Assembly (NCBI GenBank): GCA_902635895.1
Contig: CACPPV010000003.1
Location: 11,830 to 75,829 of the forward strand
DNA from: an uncultured Bacteroidota bacterium
Lineage (GTDB): Bacteria; Bacteroidota; Bacteroidia; Flavobacteriales; Flavobacteriaceae
Length of the DNA stretch: 64,000 nucleotides
Direction: 5' to 3'
The notes under the pieces are model-generated. The model made no database searches, was not told where the DNA came from, and saw nothing but the letters and a program-made list of their open reading frames with translations. The first letter of the stretch is position 1; each line of letters opens with the position of its first letter. Both the position numbers and the translations under genes were made by a program. Shown one piece after another: positions 9,606 to 20,601 of this stretch.

Positions 9606-11201
9606 ATGAAAAAAACTTATTTATTCTTCATTCTTGTTTTTTGTTTGACATTAGTTAATTGTGCTAAAAGAGGAATACCGGAGGGAGGTCCAAAAGACGA
9701 AACTCCACCTGTTTTAATTAATGCCGAGCCTGAAATTAACACTATTAATTTCGATGAGGATAGAATAAGACTTTTTTTTGATGAATACATTAAATTAAAA
9801 GACTTTAGAAAGCAATTAGTAGTTTCTCCTCCCATTGATAAAAGTTTTTACACTATAAATCCACAATCTGGAGCTTCAAAATTTATTCAAATTGACATAA
9901 AAGAAAAACTAGACCAAAACACAACTTATGTCTTTAATTTTGGAGAAAGTGTTGTAGATAATAACGAAGAAAATAAATTACCTTTTTTTAACTATGTTTT
10001 TTCTACTGGAAATTATATTGATTCTTTGAAAATTTCTGGAAACATAAAAAGTGTATTTCAAAGAGAATCTGAAAACTTCATTTCAACGTTTTTATACCCA
10101 GTTGATGAAAAATTTAATGACTCTGTTATTTACAATGGTTTGCCTAACTATGTTGGAAGCACACTTGACTCTACTAATTTTAAAATGACAAATCTAAAAA
10201 AGGGTAAATATTTATTTATAGCGCTTAAAGACGAAAACAATAACTACAAATTTGATCCAGAATTTGAAAAAATAGGATTTACTGAAAAAATATTAAATAT
10301 TCCAATGAAAGATAGTCTGGACATAAGATTATTTAAAGAAAAGTTGCCTTTTAAAAGTTTTAAACCATTTTTAGAATCAAATAATAGAATTGGTTTTGGA
10401 TTCAAAGGGGATTACGTCAACACTAAAATAGAACTAATTGACAGTCTTGATGTAAAATCCGTTCTAACTAAAAATAAGGAAACGGATACTTTAAATTATT
10501 GGTTTAAGGATTATAAATACGATTCTTTGAGATTTAAAATATCCAACTCAAATTATGAAAAAAAATATACCATTAAATATAAAGAGCTTGACAAGGACTC
10601 TCTTATTTTGTCTCCATCATCAAATTCTGTTTTAGAACTTAATGATTCGTTTAAAATTTATTCAAATATTCCCATCTCTGAGATTGATGAAGATAAAATT
10701 CAAATTTTAAATAAGGATTCCGTTTCTGTGCCTTTTACTGTTCAAATAAATAAAAATAAATTTGATGTTGATTTTTATTTTGAAGTTCTTCCAAATGACA
10801 ATTATAATTTAGACTTATTTCCAAATGCTATCAAAGATTTTTTTGATTCAACTAACGACTCGATAAACTATTCCTTTAAAACTAAAAGTAGGGCTGATTA
10901 TGGAATTTTAAAATTGGGAATTCAAAATGTTAAAGAATTTCCAATAATAGTTCATCTTATCAATAACAAAGAGGAAATAATTAGAGAAATTAATTTAAAC
11001 TCTTACGATGACTCTTCAGTTTTTGAAAATTTAAAACCAGGTAACTACTATGTTAGAATTATTTTTGATGAAAATGAAAACGGAAAATGGGATACTGGAA
11101 ACTTTTTAAAAAAAATTCAACCTGAAAAAACATTTCACTATGAAGAAGAAATTATCATAAGGGCAAATTGGGTATTGGAGGAAAAAATATATCTCAACTA
11201 A
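9606..11201 (+). CDS. Lipoprotein with Ig-like domain, function unknown
   Basis: Signal peptide plus lipobox (LTLVNCAKRG). The PVLINAEPE start is typical of SbsA-Ig-like domains in Bacteroidota; 531 aa. Confidence 0.6.
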   Translation: MKKTYLFFILVFCLTLVNCAKRGIPEGGPKDETPPVLINAEPEINTINFDEDRIRLFFDEYIKLKDFRKQLVVSPPIDKSFYTINPQSGASKFIQIDIKEKLDQNTTYVFNFGESVVDNNEENKLPFFNYVFSTGNYIDSLKISGNIKSVFQRESENFISTFLYPVDEKFNDSVIYNGLPNYVGSTLDSTNFKMTNLKKGKYLFIALKDENNNYKFDPEFEKIGFTEKILNIPMKDSLDIRLFKEKLPFKSFKPFLESNNRIGFGFKGDYVNTKIELIDSLDVKSVLTKNKETDTLNYWFKDYKYDSLRFKISNSNYEKKYTIKYKELDKDSLILSPSSNSVLELNDSFKIYSNIPISEIDEDKIQILNKDSVSVPFTVQINKNKFDVDFYFEVLPNDNYNLDLFPNAIKDFFDSTNDSINYSFKTKSRADYGILKLGIQNVKEFPIIVHLINNKEEIIREINLNSYDDSSVFENLKPGNYYVRIIFDENENGKWDTGNFLKKIQPEKTFHYEEEIIIRANWVLEEKIYLN

Positions 11202-11209
11202 TAAAATAG

Positions 11210-12247
11210 ATGACTAAGAAATTTATTATTGTTATTGTAGTTCTTATTGTTTCAATTGGTTCTCTGATGAATAGTACTGGATTTTTCAGATCTATTGACA
11301 AAAAATTTGATGGTAATATTATAAAAAAAATTAATCTTAAAGGTGCAGAGGACATAACAATAAATCACATAGATAGTTTTGCTATAATTTCAGCTACCAA
11401 CAGAAAAAATCTACCTGCAATTGATCAGGAAACTGGTGGATTATATTTTTTAGACTTAAAAGATATCAACTCAAAACCTCTACTGCTAACAAAAAATTTT
11501 AAAAAACCATTTGCTCCGCACGGGATATCAATTTATTCAAAAAATAATATCACAACTATAGCAGCTGTAAACCATACGTTAGAGGGTGAATTTATTGAAA
11601 TATTCGAATTAAATGATATGAAGTTAACTCACGTTAAATCATTAGAAAATGATCTGATTTTTACTCCAAATGATGTTGTTTTATTGGACGAAAAAACTTT
11701 TTACTTCACTAATGACCATAAATTTAAAAGTGGCTTTATGAGATTTATTGAAGAAAATTTGGGCCTTTCCCTATCCAATGTAGTTTTTTACAACGGTCAA
11801 AGTTTTAAAGAAGTTAGTACAGATATTTCCTATGCAAACGGTATAAATTATGATGAAAACAGAAATTTGATTTTTGTTGCTTCACCAAGGAAGTTTGAAA
11901 TAAAAGTCTACAAAAAAGAACTAGACAATTCTTTGACATTTTTAGAAAATATATATTGCGGAACTGGCGTTGATAATATAGAATTTGATTTAAAAAACAA
12001 CCTTTGGGTTGGAGCACACCCCAATCTTTTACATTTTTCGTCATATGCTTTGGGCTACAATAAAACATCCCCATCAGAAATTATTAAAATTCAATATAAT
12101 AGTAAAGGCAACTATAAAGTTGATACTGTTTACTTAGAAAATGGTGAGGAAATGTCTGGATCAACAGTAGCTGCTCCGTTTAACAACTTATTACTAGTTG
12201 GTAACGTATTTGACAAACATTTTTTGATTTTAGAAAGCTCTAATTAA
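11210..12247 (+). CDS. Paraoxonase (PON/arylesterase) family six-bladed beta-propeller hydrolase, probable lactonase, N-terminally membrane-anchored
   Basis: By-eye alignment to human PON1 along the whole length: [65 protein letters not shown]. Confidence 0.8.
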   Translation: MTKKFIIVIVVLIVSIGSLMNSTGFFRSIDKKFDGNIIKKINLKGAEDITINHIDSFAIISATNRKNLPAIDQETGGLYFLDLKDINSKPLLLTKNFKKPFAPHGISIYSKNNITTIAAVNHTLEGEFIEIFELNDMKLTHVKSLENDLIFTPNDVVLLDEKTFYFTNDHKFKSGFMRFIEENLGLSLSNVVFYNGQSFKEVSTDISYANGINYDENRNLIFVASPRKFEIKVYKKELDNSLTFLENIYCGTGVDNIEFDLKNNLWVGAHPNLLHFSSYALGYNKTSPSEIIKIQYNSKGNYKVDTVYLENGEEMSGSTVAAPFNNLLLVGNVFDKHFLILESSN

Positions 12248-12990
12248 GAGGAAACTTTAGCTTTTAAATAATCTCTATTCATTCTAGCTATATTTTCTAG
12301 AGAAATTCCTTTCGGACACTCAACTTCACAAGCGCCAGTATTTGTGCAATTACCAAATCCCTCATCGTCCATTTGTTTTACCATATTAAGAACTCTTTCA
12401 TTGGCCTCAACTTGTCCTTGAGGAAGAAGTGAAAACTGAGAAACCTTTGCAGATACAAACAACATTGCACTTGAATTTTTACATGTTGCAACGCAAGCAC
12501 CACAACCTATACAAGTTGCTGCGTCAAAAGCTTTATCCGCATTGCTTTTCTCTATAGGAATTGCATTCGCATCTTGGGTATTACCAGATGTATTAACAGA
12601 GATAAATCCACCAGCATGTTGTATTCTATCAAATGAGGATCTATCAACTACTAAGTCTTTTATGACTGGAAATGTATTTGCTCTAAAAGGTTCAATAAAA
12701 ATTGTATCACCATCTTTAAATTTTCTCATATGTAACTGACAAGTTGTAACTAACCTATCAGGCCCATGAGCTTCTCCATTTATAAACATTGAGCATGATC
12801 CACATATTCCTTCTCTACAATCGTGATCAAAAGCAACTGGGTCAACCCCCTTGGAGGCTAATTCTTCATTTAAAACATCCATCATTTCTAAAAAAGACAT
12901 GTCAGGAGAAATATTATCAATGTCATAGGTAACCATTTTACCTTTATCTTGATTATTCTTTTGACGCCAAATCTTTAGTTTTAGTTTCAT
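12244..12990 (-). CDS. sdhB: Succinate dehydrogenase/fumarate reductase iron-sulfur subunit
   Basis: Cys clusters [16 protein letters not shown]...C and [12 protein letters not shown]; 248 aa. Confidence 0.92.
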   Translation of the reverse strand: MKLKLKIWRQKNNQDKGKMVTYDIDNISPDMSFLEMMDVLNEELASKGVDPVAFDHDCREGICGSCSMFINGEAHGPDRLVTTCQLHMRKFKDGDTIFIEPFRANTFPVIKDLVVDRSSFDRIQHAGGFISVNTSGNTQDANAIPIEKSNADKAFDAATCIGCGACVATCKNSSAMLFVSAKVSQFSLLPQGQVEANERVLNMVKQMDDEGFGNCTNTGACEVECPKGISLENIARMNRDYLKAKVSS

Positions 12991-14994
12991 CTATTTGTAG
13001 GATCTTGTTTTTAATTCAATATTTTCATATTTCAAATCTTCTTTATGTAATAATGCATTAGATGGTTCTCCATTGTATTCCCATGCTGATACAAATGTAA
13101 AGTTTTTATCATCTCTTAAAGCTTCGCCTTCTTTAGACTGAGATTCTTCTCTAAAGTGACCTCCACATGATTCAGATCTTTCTAATGCATCTTTAGCAAA
13201 TAATTCTCCTAATTCTAAAAAATCAGAAACTCTGGTTGCTTTAGCCAAAGACTCATTGAAAGAATTTGCAGTGCCAGGAACCAAAACATTTTTATAAAAA
13301 TCTTTTCTTAAAGATTTGATTTCATTAATAGCTTCTTTTAATCCTTTTTCATTTCTTGACATTCCACATTTATTCCATATTATTTTACCAAGTTTTTTAT
13401 GAAAATAATCTACAGTTTTAGAACCTTTGTTGTTAATGAGAGAGTCTATTTTATCTTTTACTGCTTTTTCAGCTTCATCAAACTCTTTAGAGTCAGTTGA
13501 TATGGGGCCAGTTCTGATGTCATCTGCTAAATAATCTCCAATAGTGTAAGGGAGAACGAAATAACCATCTGCAAGACCTTGCATTAAAGCAGATGCTCCA
13601 AGTCTATTTGCTCCATGATCGGAAAAATTAGCTTCCCCGATTGCAAAACAACCAGGAATTGTTGTCATTAAGTTGTAGTCAACCCAAACTCCACCCATTG
13701 TGTAATGAACAGCAGGGTAAATCATCATTGGAGTCTCATAAGGATTTTGATCTACAATTTTTTCATACATCTGAAACAAGTTTCCGTATTTTGCTTTTAT
13801 TATTTCCTTTCCAAGCTCTTGAACTAAGTTTTCATCATTTTCATTTAAACCTTTAACATGAGCTTTTTCTTTGCCATATCTGATTATTGCAGATGCAAAA
13901 TCTAAAAAGACAGCTTCACCGGTTTTATTAACTCCATATCCAGCATCACATCTTTCTTTTGCAGCTCTAGAAGCAACGTCTCTTGGAACTAAATTACCGA
14001 AAGCTGGATATCGACGTTCTAAGTAATAATCCCTTTTTTCTTCAGATAAATCGGTTGGTTTTAATTTTCCATCACGTATGGCAGCAGCATCTGATTTTGA
14101 CTTAGGAACCCATATTCTTCCATCATTTCTAAGAGATTCCGACATTAATGTAAGTTTAGACTGGTGATCTCCAGAAACCGGTATACATGTTGGATGAATT
14201 TGAGTAAAACATGGATTTGCAAAATAGGCTCCTTTTTTATGAATTTTCCAAGATGCTGACACGTTACTTCCCATTGCGTTTGTTGAAAGGTAAAATAGGT
14301 TTCCGTAACCTCCTGAAGCTATTACAACAGCGTGAGCAGAGTGTCTTTCAATTTTACCATCTATCAAATTTCTTGTGATAATTCCTCTCGCTTTACCGTC
14401 AACCAATACTATGTCCATCATTTCATGACGATTAAACATTTGTATTTTTCCTCTTGCAATCTGACGATTCATAGCTGAATAAGCTCCAAGTAATAACTGT
14501 TGACCTGTTTGCCCTTTAGCATAGAATGTTCTAGAAACTAATACTCCTCCAAATGATCTGTTATCTAACAATCCTCCGTAATCTCTAGCAAAAGGGACTC
14601 CTTGGGCTACGCATTGATCTATAATATTTGCAGAGACTTCAGCCAAACGGTAAACATTGGCCTCTCTTGATCTATAATCTCCTCCTTTAACAGTATCGTA
14701 AAACAATCTGTGGACCGAATCACCATCACCTTGATAATTTTTTGCTGCATTTATTCCTCCTTGTGCAGCAATAGAATGAGCTCTTCTGGGTGAATCCTGG
14801 AAGCAAAAAGATTTTACGTTATAACCGAGTTCAGCTAATGTTGCAGAGGCAGATCCTCCAGCGAGTCCAGTTCCAACCACAATAACATCAATTTGCCTTT
14901 TGTTAGCTGGGCTAACTAGACGAATATTATTTTTATGATTTGTCCATTTTTCTGAAATTGGTCCTTTTGGAATTTTAGAGTTTAATTTAGACAT
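12991..14994 (-). CDS. sdhA: Succinate dehydrogenase/fumarate reductase flavoprotein subunit
   Basis: FAD motif [27 protein letters not shown]; 667 aa long form, as in Bacteroidota/Bacillus-type enzymes. Confidence 0.93.
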   Translation of the reverse strand: MSKLNSKIPKGPISEKWTNHKNNIRLVSPANKRQIDVIVVGTGLAGGSASATLAELGYNVKSFCFQDSPRRAHSIAAQGGINAAKNYQGDGDSVHRLFYDTVKGGDYRSREANVYRLAEVSANIIDQCVAQGVPFARDYGGLLDNRSFGGVLVSRTFYAKGQTGQQLLLGAYSAMNRQIARGKIQMFNRHEMMDIVLVDGKARGIITRNLIDGKIERHSAHAVVIASGGYGNLFYLSTNAMGSNVSASWKIHKKGAYFANPCFTQIHPTCIPVSGDHQSKLTLMSESLRNDGRIWVPKSKSDAAAIRDGKLKPTDLSEEKRDYYLERRYPAFGNLVPRDVASRAAKERCDAGYGVNKTGEAVFLDFASAIIRYGKEKAHVKGLNENDENLVQELGKEIIKAKYGNLFQMYEKIVDQNPYETPMMIYPAVHYTMGGVWVDYNLMTTIPGCFAIGEANFSDHGANRLGASALMQGLADGYFVLPYTIGDYLADDIRTGPISTDSKEFDEAEKAVKDKIDSLINNKGSKTVDYFHKKLGKIIWNKCGMSRNEKGLKEAINEIKSLRKDFYKNVLVPGTANSFNESLAKATRVSDFLELGELFAKDALERSESCGGHFREESQSKEGEALRDDKNFTFVSAWEYNGEPSNALLHKEDLKYENIELKTRSYK

Positions 14995-14997
14995 AAA

Positions 14998-15657
14998 TCA
15001 ATGGTTTAAATAATGAAATATTGCAATAAAACTAAACCCAAATGGAATACCAATTGAATATATTGTTGTAACTATTTTAATAATAGGACTATACTTGTTG
15101 TTTACACCCATTGATTGAAAAGAGGAAGAAAAGCCATGTAACAAATGAAGAGATAAAAACCCAAATGAAACAACATAAATTACAACCTTAGTCAAGTCTT
15201 CAAACTTATGAGTTAGTTCAGTATAATATCTATTAGGATCATCAGGAAGAAATTCAACATATTTATATTTCATTTCTGGAATCCAAAAATCGTAAAAATG
15301 CAACCCTAAAAAAGACAAAACAACAAGTCCAGAGATGATCATATTTCTTGACATCCAACTTGCGTTACTTGATCCTTTATATTTTACATATTTCACATTC
15401 CTAGATCCTCTGTTTTTAAGATCCAATACAAAGCCCATAACAAAATGAAATATTACACCAAAAATTAATATCGGCTGAGCAATAAACTGGACAACAAAAT
15501 TAGTTCCCATAAAATGCGAAAACTGATTGAAAATTTCCTCACTAAATACTGACGTTATATTGATAATGAAATGTTGAAGTAAAAACACAATTAAAAAAAG
15601 ACCAGACAAAGCCATGGCAAATTTTTTAATTATTGAAGATTGAATTACGCTACTCAC
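14998..15657 (-). CDS. sdhC: Succinate dehydrogenase cytochrome b (b558-type) subunit
   Basis: 219 aa, 5 predicted TM helices with conserved His; first gene of the sdhCAB operon; GTG start. Confidence 0.85.
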   Translation of the reverse strand: MSSVIQSSIIKKFAMALSGLFLIVFLLQHFIINITSVFSEEIFNQFSHFMGTNFVVQFIAQPILIFGVIFHFVMGFVLDLKNRGSRNVKYVKYKGSSNASWMSRNMIISGLVVLSFLGLHFYDFWIPEMKYKYVEFLPDDPNRYYTELTHKFEDLTKVVIYVVSFGFLSLHLLHGFSSSFQSMGVNNKYSPIIKIVTTIYSIGIPFGFSFIAIFHYLNH

Positions 15658-15680
15658 TAAAAAGTTTTATAATTTAAATA

Positions 15681-15688
15681 CAAAATTA
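15681..15688 (-). promoter_or_regulatory. -7 box TAATTTTG upstream of sdhCAB
   Basis: Reverse strand reads TAATTTTG (TAnnTTTG), about 24 nt upstream of the sdhC start codon. Confidence 0.45.
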
Positions 15689-15725
15689 ACCCTTGAACGT
15701 TTACAAGACAATAAAAAATCAATTT

Positions 15726-18545
15726 TTATTTGATTTTAAACTTCTTCGAAATTTGATCAAGGTTTAAGATATATTCTCCTTTGTTAAGAAAATATTTTCC
15801 ATTATCTGACTTAAAAAAATTATTTTTATTTTTCTTATTTATTAAACCAGGTGAATGCTCAATAGGAATCTTAAAGGACTGAAATCCTTTCTCTAAATTT
15901 ATTTCTTCCTTGTAAATCAATTTCTTATTTTCATCAAATAGCTTTAACCATTTAGTAGACTTTTGGTTTGAAAACACGTGAAAAAATTCATTAGCTGATG
16001 TGTAGTTTGACCAATTATAAACTCTCTTTCCCCATCTTGATGAAAAATTTATATCAGAAACATTTAAGTATTGAGTTTGAAATTTGATTTCAGACTCTGA
16101 CAAGTATGAATAAATCACTGATAAATCAGTTTTATAAATTGATCGACCATGAGTAGCCAACAAAAGATCTTTATTTTCTTTTTGAATTACTAAATCGTGT
16201 ACTGCCACTTTATTTAGTCCATTATTAAACATGTTCCATTTTTTTCCTTGATCCAAACTAATATATGCCCCATTATCAGTTCCAATATAAATCACATTTT
16301 CATAATACGGATCCTCTTTAACTACATTAACTGGTGAATGAGGAAGATTGTCTCCTATTTCAATCCAACTCTCACCATTATCATCTGTATAATATAAATA
16401 AGACTTGAAATCATCAAATCTATATCCATTTAGAGAAACATAAATTCTATCTTCTTTATGATTGGAAAAATTTACTCTACTAACCCATAAGTTTTCTGGA
16501 AGATTATTTGAAATTACTTTCCATGAATTTCCTAAATCGTTGGATAATTGAATTAAACCATCGTCAGTTCCAACTACTAATTTTCCAAATTTAAAAACAG
16601 ACTCGTCAATCGTCGTAATTGTTCCATAGGGAACGTTCCCTTTTTTTATTCCTTTTGTCAAATCAGGCGATTTAAAACTCCAATTATCTCCTCTGTCATA
16701 GGAAATGTGAAGTTTGTTGCTTCCAAAATAAAGAATGTCCTGGTTATGAGAAGAAAGTAAAATAGGTGTTTGCCAATTAAATCTTAAAGGAGATTCTCCT
16801 AAATCGTGTTTGGGTTTTATGTACTTTCTAGTTCCATCTTCAATATTTAATCTGTAATAAACTCCAAACTGAGATCCAGTATAAACAACATTTGAATCTC
16901 TATTATCAATCTGAATTTGCATTCCGTCTCCACCCATAATAGATTTCCAGTTATTATGGCCAGATTGATGCCAGCCTGGACTCTCAACTGATTTATTACT
17001 TGCCATCCACACACCGTTATCTTGTAATCCTCCATAAACATTATAAGGAGTTTCGTTGTCAACATTTATTGTATAAAACTGTCCTACACTTGGTTGATTA
17101 AGTTTTATCCAATTTGAACCGTTATCGTAACTTATATTGACTCCCCCATCATTTCCATTAATCAAATGATTAGGATTTGAGGGGTTTATCCATAAATCGT
17201 GATGATCTACATGAACATTTGGATAATCTATAGATTCATAAGTAATCCCTCCATCTGTTGATTTTATAAACGGGACTCCGTAAATATAAATGTGATCTTT
17301 ATTTTTTGGCGAAACATGAATTCTCCCAAAATAATATCCATAAGTATTATAAAGCCTATCTAAATAATATGAATTTTTTTTAGACCAGGTCAATCCTCCA
17401 TCATCACTACGATAAACTTGAGCCCCAATTATTGGAGTTTCAAACATAACAGTATTTGCATCTTCCAAATAAGATTTTAAATCTGAGGGCTTTACTTTAT
17501 TGCCTTCAACTAGTTTCTTCACATATTTAGCGTTATATGTTTTTGGAAAATTATTTTTTCTTAGAAACGAATTTAATTTTGAGTTTTCTAAAAGCAAGAA
17601 TTCTTCTTTAGAAAACTTCTCAAAATCACTTTTAACAAATTCATTTGTTTTTGTTTTTTTAACTGATTTTGGTCTTCTAAATTGATTGTCGACTATTGCA
17701 TATATTGTATTACCATCAAAAACAGCAAGTCCAATTCTTCCAACACCTTCTCCGGTTGGGAAACCACTCTCTTGATTTGATATTAAACTCCAAGTTTGAC
17801 CAGAATCTGTTGACTTATAAATACCAGAATTTTTTCCATTACCAACAAAATCCCAAGCTTTTCTATGTTTTTGCCAAGACGAAGCATATTGAATGCTAAA
17901 GTTATTAGGATCAATATCTAAATCGATAATTCCAGTATCATCACTAACATAAAGAGTTTTTTCCCATGTTTGTCCTCCATCTAATGTCTTGAAAATTCCT
18001 CTTTCAGTATTTTTAGAATAAAGATGCCCCAAAACTGCAACAACAATTTCATCTGAATTTTCTGGATTAATTTTCACTTTTCCAATATGATGTGAATCAT
18101 TAAGTCCAATATTCGTCCAGTTTTTACCATTATCGTTTGACTTTAAGATTCCTATACCTGCATAGGAGGATCTCGAAGAATTGTTTTCGCCAGTTCCAAC
18201 TATTATAGTTCTTGTGTTCCAATTTATATCAAAGTCTCCAATATTTTGTGTATTGGAATTATCCATAATAGGAACGAAAGTTGTTCCATTATTAATTGTA
18301 TGCCATAATCCTCCAGAAGCATATGCAACGTAAAATTCTGCTGGATCATCAGGGTTAACCTCAATGTCAGTGACTCTTCCACTCATAACACTTGGGCCAA
18401 TATTGACAAACTCAATATTTTTAACCAAAGAATTATTTAAAAGATCGTTTTGATATTTTAAGCTGTTAATTATTTCTTGTGAACCTGTGGCATTTTGAGA
18501 ATAAGAAAAAATAGATACTGCAAATAATAAAATAAAGAGTCTCAT
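15726..18545 (-). CDS. Secreted BNR/Asp-box repeat protein, sortilin/VPS10-like, possible T9SS C-terminal sorting domain
   Basis: Signal peptide MRLFILLFAVSIFSYSQ. At least 10 SxDxGxxW-type Asp-boxes (SNDNGKNW, TLDGGQTW, STDSGQTW, SDDGGLTW, SYDNGSNW, SYDRGDNW, SNDLGNSW, TDDNGESW, SLDQGKKW). C-terminal ...LKLFDENKKLIYKEE...GEYILNLDQISKKFKIK resembles a Por secretion tail. Confidence 0.8.
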   Translation of the reverse strand: MRLFILLFAVSIFSYSQNATGSQEIINSLKYQNDLLNNSLVKNIEFVNIGPSVMSGRVTDIEVNPDDPAEFYVAYASGGLWHTINNGTTFVPIMDNSNTQNIGDFDINWNTRTIIVGTGENNSSRSSYAGIGILKSNDNGKNWTNIGLNDSHHIGKVKINPENSDEIVVAVLGHLYSKNTERGIFKTLDGGQTWEKTLYVSDDTGIIDLDIDPNNFSIQYASSWQKHRKAWDFVGNGKNSGIYKSTDSGQTWSLISNQESGFPTGEGVGRIGLAVFDGNTIYAIVDNQFRRPKSVKKTKTNEFVKSDFEKFSKEEFLLLENSKLNSFLRKNNFPKTYNAKYVKKLVEGNKVKPSDLKSYLEDANTVMFETPIIGAQVYRSDDGGLTWSKKNSYYLDRLYNTYGYYFGRIHVSPKNKDHIYIYGVPFIKSTDGGITYESIDYPNVHVDHHDLWINPSNPNHLINGNDGGVNISYDNGSNWIKLNQPSVGQFYTINVDNETPYNVYGGLQDNGVWMASNKSVESPGWHQSGHNNWKSIMGGDGMQIQIDNRDSNVVYTGSQFGVYYRLNIEDGTRKYIKPKHDLGESPLRFNWQTPILLSSHNQDILYFGSNKLHISYDRGDNWSFKSPDLTKGIKKGNVPYGTITTIDESVFKFGKLVVGTDDGLIQLSNDLGNSWKVISNNLPENLWVSRVNFSNHKEDRIYVSLNGYRFDDFKSYLYYTDDNGESWIEIGDNLPHSPVNVVKEDPYYENVIYIGTDNGAYISLDQGKKWNMFNNGLNKVAVHDLVIQKENKDLLLATHGRSIYKTDLSVIYSYLSESEIKFQTQYLNVSDINFSSRWGKRVYNWSNYTSANEFFHVFSNQKSTKWLKLFDENKKLIYKEEINLEKGFQSFKIPIEHSPGLINKKNKNNFFKSDNGKYFLNKGEYILNLDQISKKFKIK

Positions 18546-18595
18546 GTAATTAAAATTAAGTTTATTGTTGATACTATGTTGTAGGCTAAATATAC

Positions 18596-18603
18596 TATTT
18601 TTG
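18596..18603 (+). promoter_or_regulatory. -7 box TATTTTTG upstream of the aminopeptidase gene
   Basis: Exact TAnnTTTG, 15 nt upstream of ATG 18618. Confidence 0.45.
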
Positions 18604-18617
18604 AATTTTAAATTAAT

Positions 18618-19907
18618 ATGAAATACTTCCCTATTGATAATTCTCTTTTTGTTATAAATAGAAAAAAATTTATTGCAAAAATGAAAAACAATAGTATTGC
18701 TTTTTTTAACTCAAATGATAAATATCCTGTAAGTGCAGACACTACTTTGCCGTTTGAACAGCACAGAGATTTATTTTATTTAACAGGAATTAATCAAGAA
18801 GAAACCATTTTGGTTTTATTTAAAGAAAATGAAAAAGTTTCTAAACAGGTTGTGTTTCTAACAAAGCCAAATGATCTTCTCACACATTGGGAGGGGGCTA
18901 GACTAAATAAAAAAAATGCATACTCCATTTCTGGTATTTCTGAAGTGTATTGGCTTGGTGAAATGGAAAAGATTATTGAAAAATTATTAAATGAAAATAC
19001 ATCACTTTACGTCAATCAAAACGAACACTACAGGGCTAAAGTTGAGACTGAAACAAGAGAAGATAGATTTACCAATTGGCTTAAAAAGAAATATAATTTC
19101 AAAAATTATGAAAGAAGTAATCCGATTTTACAGAAATTAAGATCAGTAAAACACCCAATTGAACTTGAACTAATTCAAGAAGCATGTAATATAACTGAAA
19201 AAGGGTTTAGAAGAATACTGAACTTTGTTAAACCTGGTGTGTGGGAATATGAAATTGAAGCTGAATTTTCTTATGAATTTTTAAAAAATCGTTCTAGAAA
19301 ATTTGCTTATTCACCGATAATTGCGTCAGGAGTTAACTCAAATATTCTTCATTACATTGAAAACAACAATCAATGTCAAGATGGTGATGTTTTATTACTT
19401 GATGTTGGTGCAGAATATGCTAATTATTCAAGTGATATGACCCGAACAATTCCAGTATCAGGAAAGTTTTCAAAAAGACAAAAATTAGTGTATAATTCTG
19501 TACTTCATGTAAAAAACGAAGCAACAAAATTACTCAGACCTGGTATTCTTTGGAAGGAGCATTATGATGAAGTTGGGAAATTAATGAGTTCTGAATTATT
19601 AAAACTAGGTCTTATTTCAAAAGTTGATATTCAAAATCAAACTAAAAAAAATCCAGCGTTTAAAAAGTACTTTACTCATGGGGTTTCCCATCATTTAGGA
19701 TTGGATACCCACGATTATGGAGATTTAAATGATCCTATTGAAGAAAATATGGTGTTTACAGTAGAGCCTGGAATATATTTACAAGATGAAAAATTTGGCA
19801 TAAGACTTGAGGATGATGTAGTGGTACAAAAAAACTCTGATCCTATCAATCTTATGAAAAACATTCCTATAGAAATTGATGAAATTGAAGATTTAATGAA
19901 CACTTAA
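18618..19907 (+). CDS. Xaa-Pro aminopeptidase (M24B family)
   Basis: Metal-ligand motifs DVGAEY...D, HGVSHHLGLDTHD, EPGIY, RLED; 429 aa. Confidence 0.88.
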   Translation: MKYFPIDNSLFVINRKKFIAKMKNNSIAFFNSNDKYPVSADTTLPFEQHRDLFYLTGINQEETILVLFKENEKVSKQVVFLTKPNDLLTHWEGARLNKKNAYSISGISEVYWLGEMEKIIEKLLNENTSLYVNQNEHYRAKVETETREDRFTNWLKKKYNFKNYERSNPILQKLRSVKHPIELELIQEACNITEKGFRRILNFVKPGVWEYEIEAEFSYEFLKNRSRKFAYSPIIASGVNSNILHYIENNNQCQDGDVLLLDVGAEYANYSSDMTRTIPVSGKFSKRQKLVYNSVLHVKNEATKLLRPGILWKEHYDEVGKLMSSELLKLGLISKVDIQNQTKKNPAFKKYFTHGVSHHLGLDTHDYGDLNDPIEENMVFTVEPGIYLQDEKFGIRLEDDVVVQKNSDPINLMKNIPIEIDEIEDLMNT

Positions 19908-19917
19908 TTTTTTATAA

Positions 19918-20601
19918 TTGAATTCTAATAAAAAAAACCTTAAAAGATACTGGCCAATTGTAACTACAATGATTGTTTTTTCAGCAATTGTAATTAGTTC
20001 ATTTTATTTTATGAAAAAGCCTGTAAAAAGTTTACCTATCTACAGCCCATCCATGATTTCGAAAGAACTAGTTGCAGAAGAAATTCAGTTTGTTAAAAAA
20101 TATCACAAGATTAAAGATTTTAGTTTGCTCAATCAAAATGGATATAAAATAACCGAAGAAGATTACAACAATAAAATTTATGTAGCTGATTTTTTCTTTA
20201 CGACCTGCCCAACAATTTGTCCAATAATGACTGAAAACATGGGCTATCTTCAAAACAAATTGATTGATAATCCCGAAATATTATTGGTTTCCTTTTCCGT
20301 AACGCCTGAAATTGATAGCGTACAGCAATTAAAAAAATATGCTTTAGAAAAAAATGTTATTGACTCGAAATGGAATCTGCTAACAGGTGATAAAAAAGAA
20401 ATTTACGATTTAGCTAGAAAATCTTACTTAGTAGCAAAAAACGATGGAGATGGAGGAAAATACGATATGATTCATACTGAGAATTTTGTTCTGGTTGACA
20501 AAGAAAAAAGAATTAGAGGGTTTTATGACGGAACAAACCAATCAGAGATGGACAAACTACTTAATGATATTAGAATTCTCGAAAACTCTTACTTAAAATG
20601 A
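19918..20601 (+). CDS. SCO1/SenC family copper chaperone / thiol-disulfide oxidoreductase
   Basis: N-terminal TM anchor; FFFTTCPTICP CxxxC motif; conserved HT(E)NFVLVD; 227 aa; TTG start in the ORF track. Confidence 0.85.
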   Translation: MNSNKKNLKRYWPIVTTMIVFSAIVISSFYFMKKPVKSLPIYSPSMISKELVAEEIQFVKKYHKIKDFSLLNQNGYKITEEDYNNKIYVADFFFTTCPTICPIMTENMGYLQNKLIDNPEILLVSFSVTPEIDSVQQLKKYALEKNVIDSKWNLLTGDKKEIYDLARKSYLVAKNDGDGGKYDMIHTENFVLVDKEKRIRGFYDGTNQSEMDKLLNDIRILENSYLK

